From Crocinitomicaceae bacterium (GTDB taxonomy: Bacteria > Bacteroidota > Bacteroidia > Flavobacteriales_D > Crocinitomicaceae), in NCBI GenBank assembly GCA_965660955.1, contig CBFIBY010000004.1:1-44475 (forward strand): 44,475 nt of DNA, in the 5' to 3' direction. Both the position numbers and the translations under genes were made by a program. The notes beneath the pieces were generated by a model. The model saw only the letters and a list, made by a program, of their open reading frames with translations, did no database searches and was not told the origin of the DNA. This document shows positions 44,168 to 44,475 of the stretch, in pieces (within the stretch, counting starts at the first letter, position 1; the number at the start of each line of letters is the position of its first letter).

Positions 44168-44475
44168 TCACCCTCTTAATACAGCACCTAATTTTCCTTC
44201 TAGTTCAACTCGGATTTTTTCCATAATTGCATCGACTTGAGCGTCTTTCAAGGTCTGTTCGTCATCTTGGAAGGTGAACGAAACCGCGTAGGATTTCTTA
44301 CCGGCATCTAAGTTCTTGCCTTCGTAAACATCAAATAGTCCGACAGAACGGAGTATTTTTCGGTCTACTTTGTGGGCAATTTCTTCAATTTCAGCGAAAG
44401 TTGTATTCGTATCAAGTACCAATGAGAAGTCACGACGAGTTGCAAAGAATTTAGGTAATTCCTTGTATTGAATTT
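44168..44475 (-). CDS. pheT: Phenylalanine--tRNA ligase beta subunit, C-terminal FDX-ACB domain (N-terminus beyond right window edge)
   Basis: The frame stays open to the window edge. My translation is ...IQYKELPKFFATRRDFSLVLDTNTTFAEIEE ... YAVSFTFQDDEQTLKDAQVDAIMEKI. The PKFP-x-x-RD-x-(S/A)L pattern and the tail are typical of PheT. Confidence 0.85.
   Translation of the reverse strand, partial: IQYKELPKFFATRRDFSLVLDTNTTFAEIEEIAHKVDRKILRSVGLFDVYEGKNLDAGKKSYAVSFTFQDDEQTLKDAQVDAIMEKIRVELEGKLGAVLRG

Noticed and set aside
1-44475. Search by eye for CRISPR arrays, tRNA/rRNA genes, IS elements or transposases, integrases, restriction-modification, toxin-antitoxin, retron/reverse-transcriptase or other defence modules
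   Set aside because: I saw none. There are no regularly spaced direct repeats, no tRNA-like T-arm (GGTTCGAATCC-type) sequences and no ORFs with nuclease, helicase, recombinase or RT motifs. All sizeable ORFs are accounted for by housekeeping or envelope functions. A computational scan (tRNAscan, Infernal/Rfam, defence-system HMMs) would be needed for certainty.

Overview
This is a gene-dense chromosomal segment, about 95% coding by my coordinates, with about 46 protein-coding genes. By eye I found no rRNA, tRNA, CRISPR array, IS element, integrase or phage gene. It reads as core genome of an AT-rich Bacteroidota (Flavobacteriia/Cytophagia-type) organism. Supporting signs are a MoxR/Bat operon, a T9SS type-B C-terminal sorting domain, TAnnTTTG -7 boxes and lipoprotein signals. 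Left to right: partial FtsX/LolE-type permease; a 495-bp spacer with a G/C-rich inverted repeat; DUF1343 (NamZ-like); a secreted 4x EF-hand protein; rlmN. Next is a 7-gene MoxR-DUF58-X-BatA-BatB-BatC-BatD operon, then a Zn-ribbon protein, orphan arsM, a lipoprotein and an SRPBCC protein. A tight minus-strand operon follows: ECF sigma-crtI-crtB-idi-PTPS-photolyase. Then come purK, hpt-adk-obg-PAP2-crcB, an acyltransferase, ddl and a PBP4-like gene. A polysaccharide operon (GT4-wza-wzc-rfbC-wecA-like) is followed by a lytic transglycosylase, uvrA, orphan fabF and sufS-sufE-DUF59. The window ends with a mini LMW-PTP, a tandem OmpA-like protein, a tiny T9SS-CTD protein and partial pheT. I did not find a convincing self-contained novel system: no defence, toxin-antitoxin or mobile module. 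The observations most worth a second look are: (1) crtB is broken by a single in-frame TAA inside an otherwise intact, translationally coupled sigma/carotenoid/pterin/photolyase operon; (2) hpt and adk form one continuous reading frame; (3) the Bat operon has a variant architecture with an extra composite membrane protein and no BatE; (4) a G/C-rich inverted-repeat element sits in the only long spacer; (5) five convergent gene pairs abut or overlap at their stop codons, leaving no room for terminators. All functional calls come from motif recognition by eye, not from searches.
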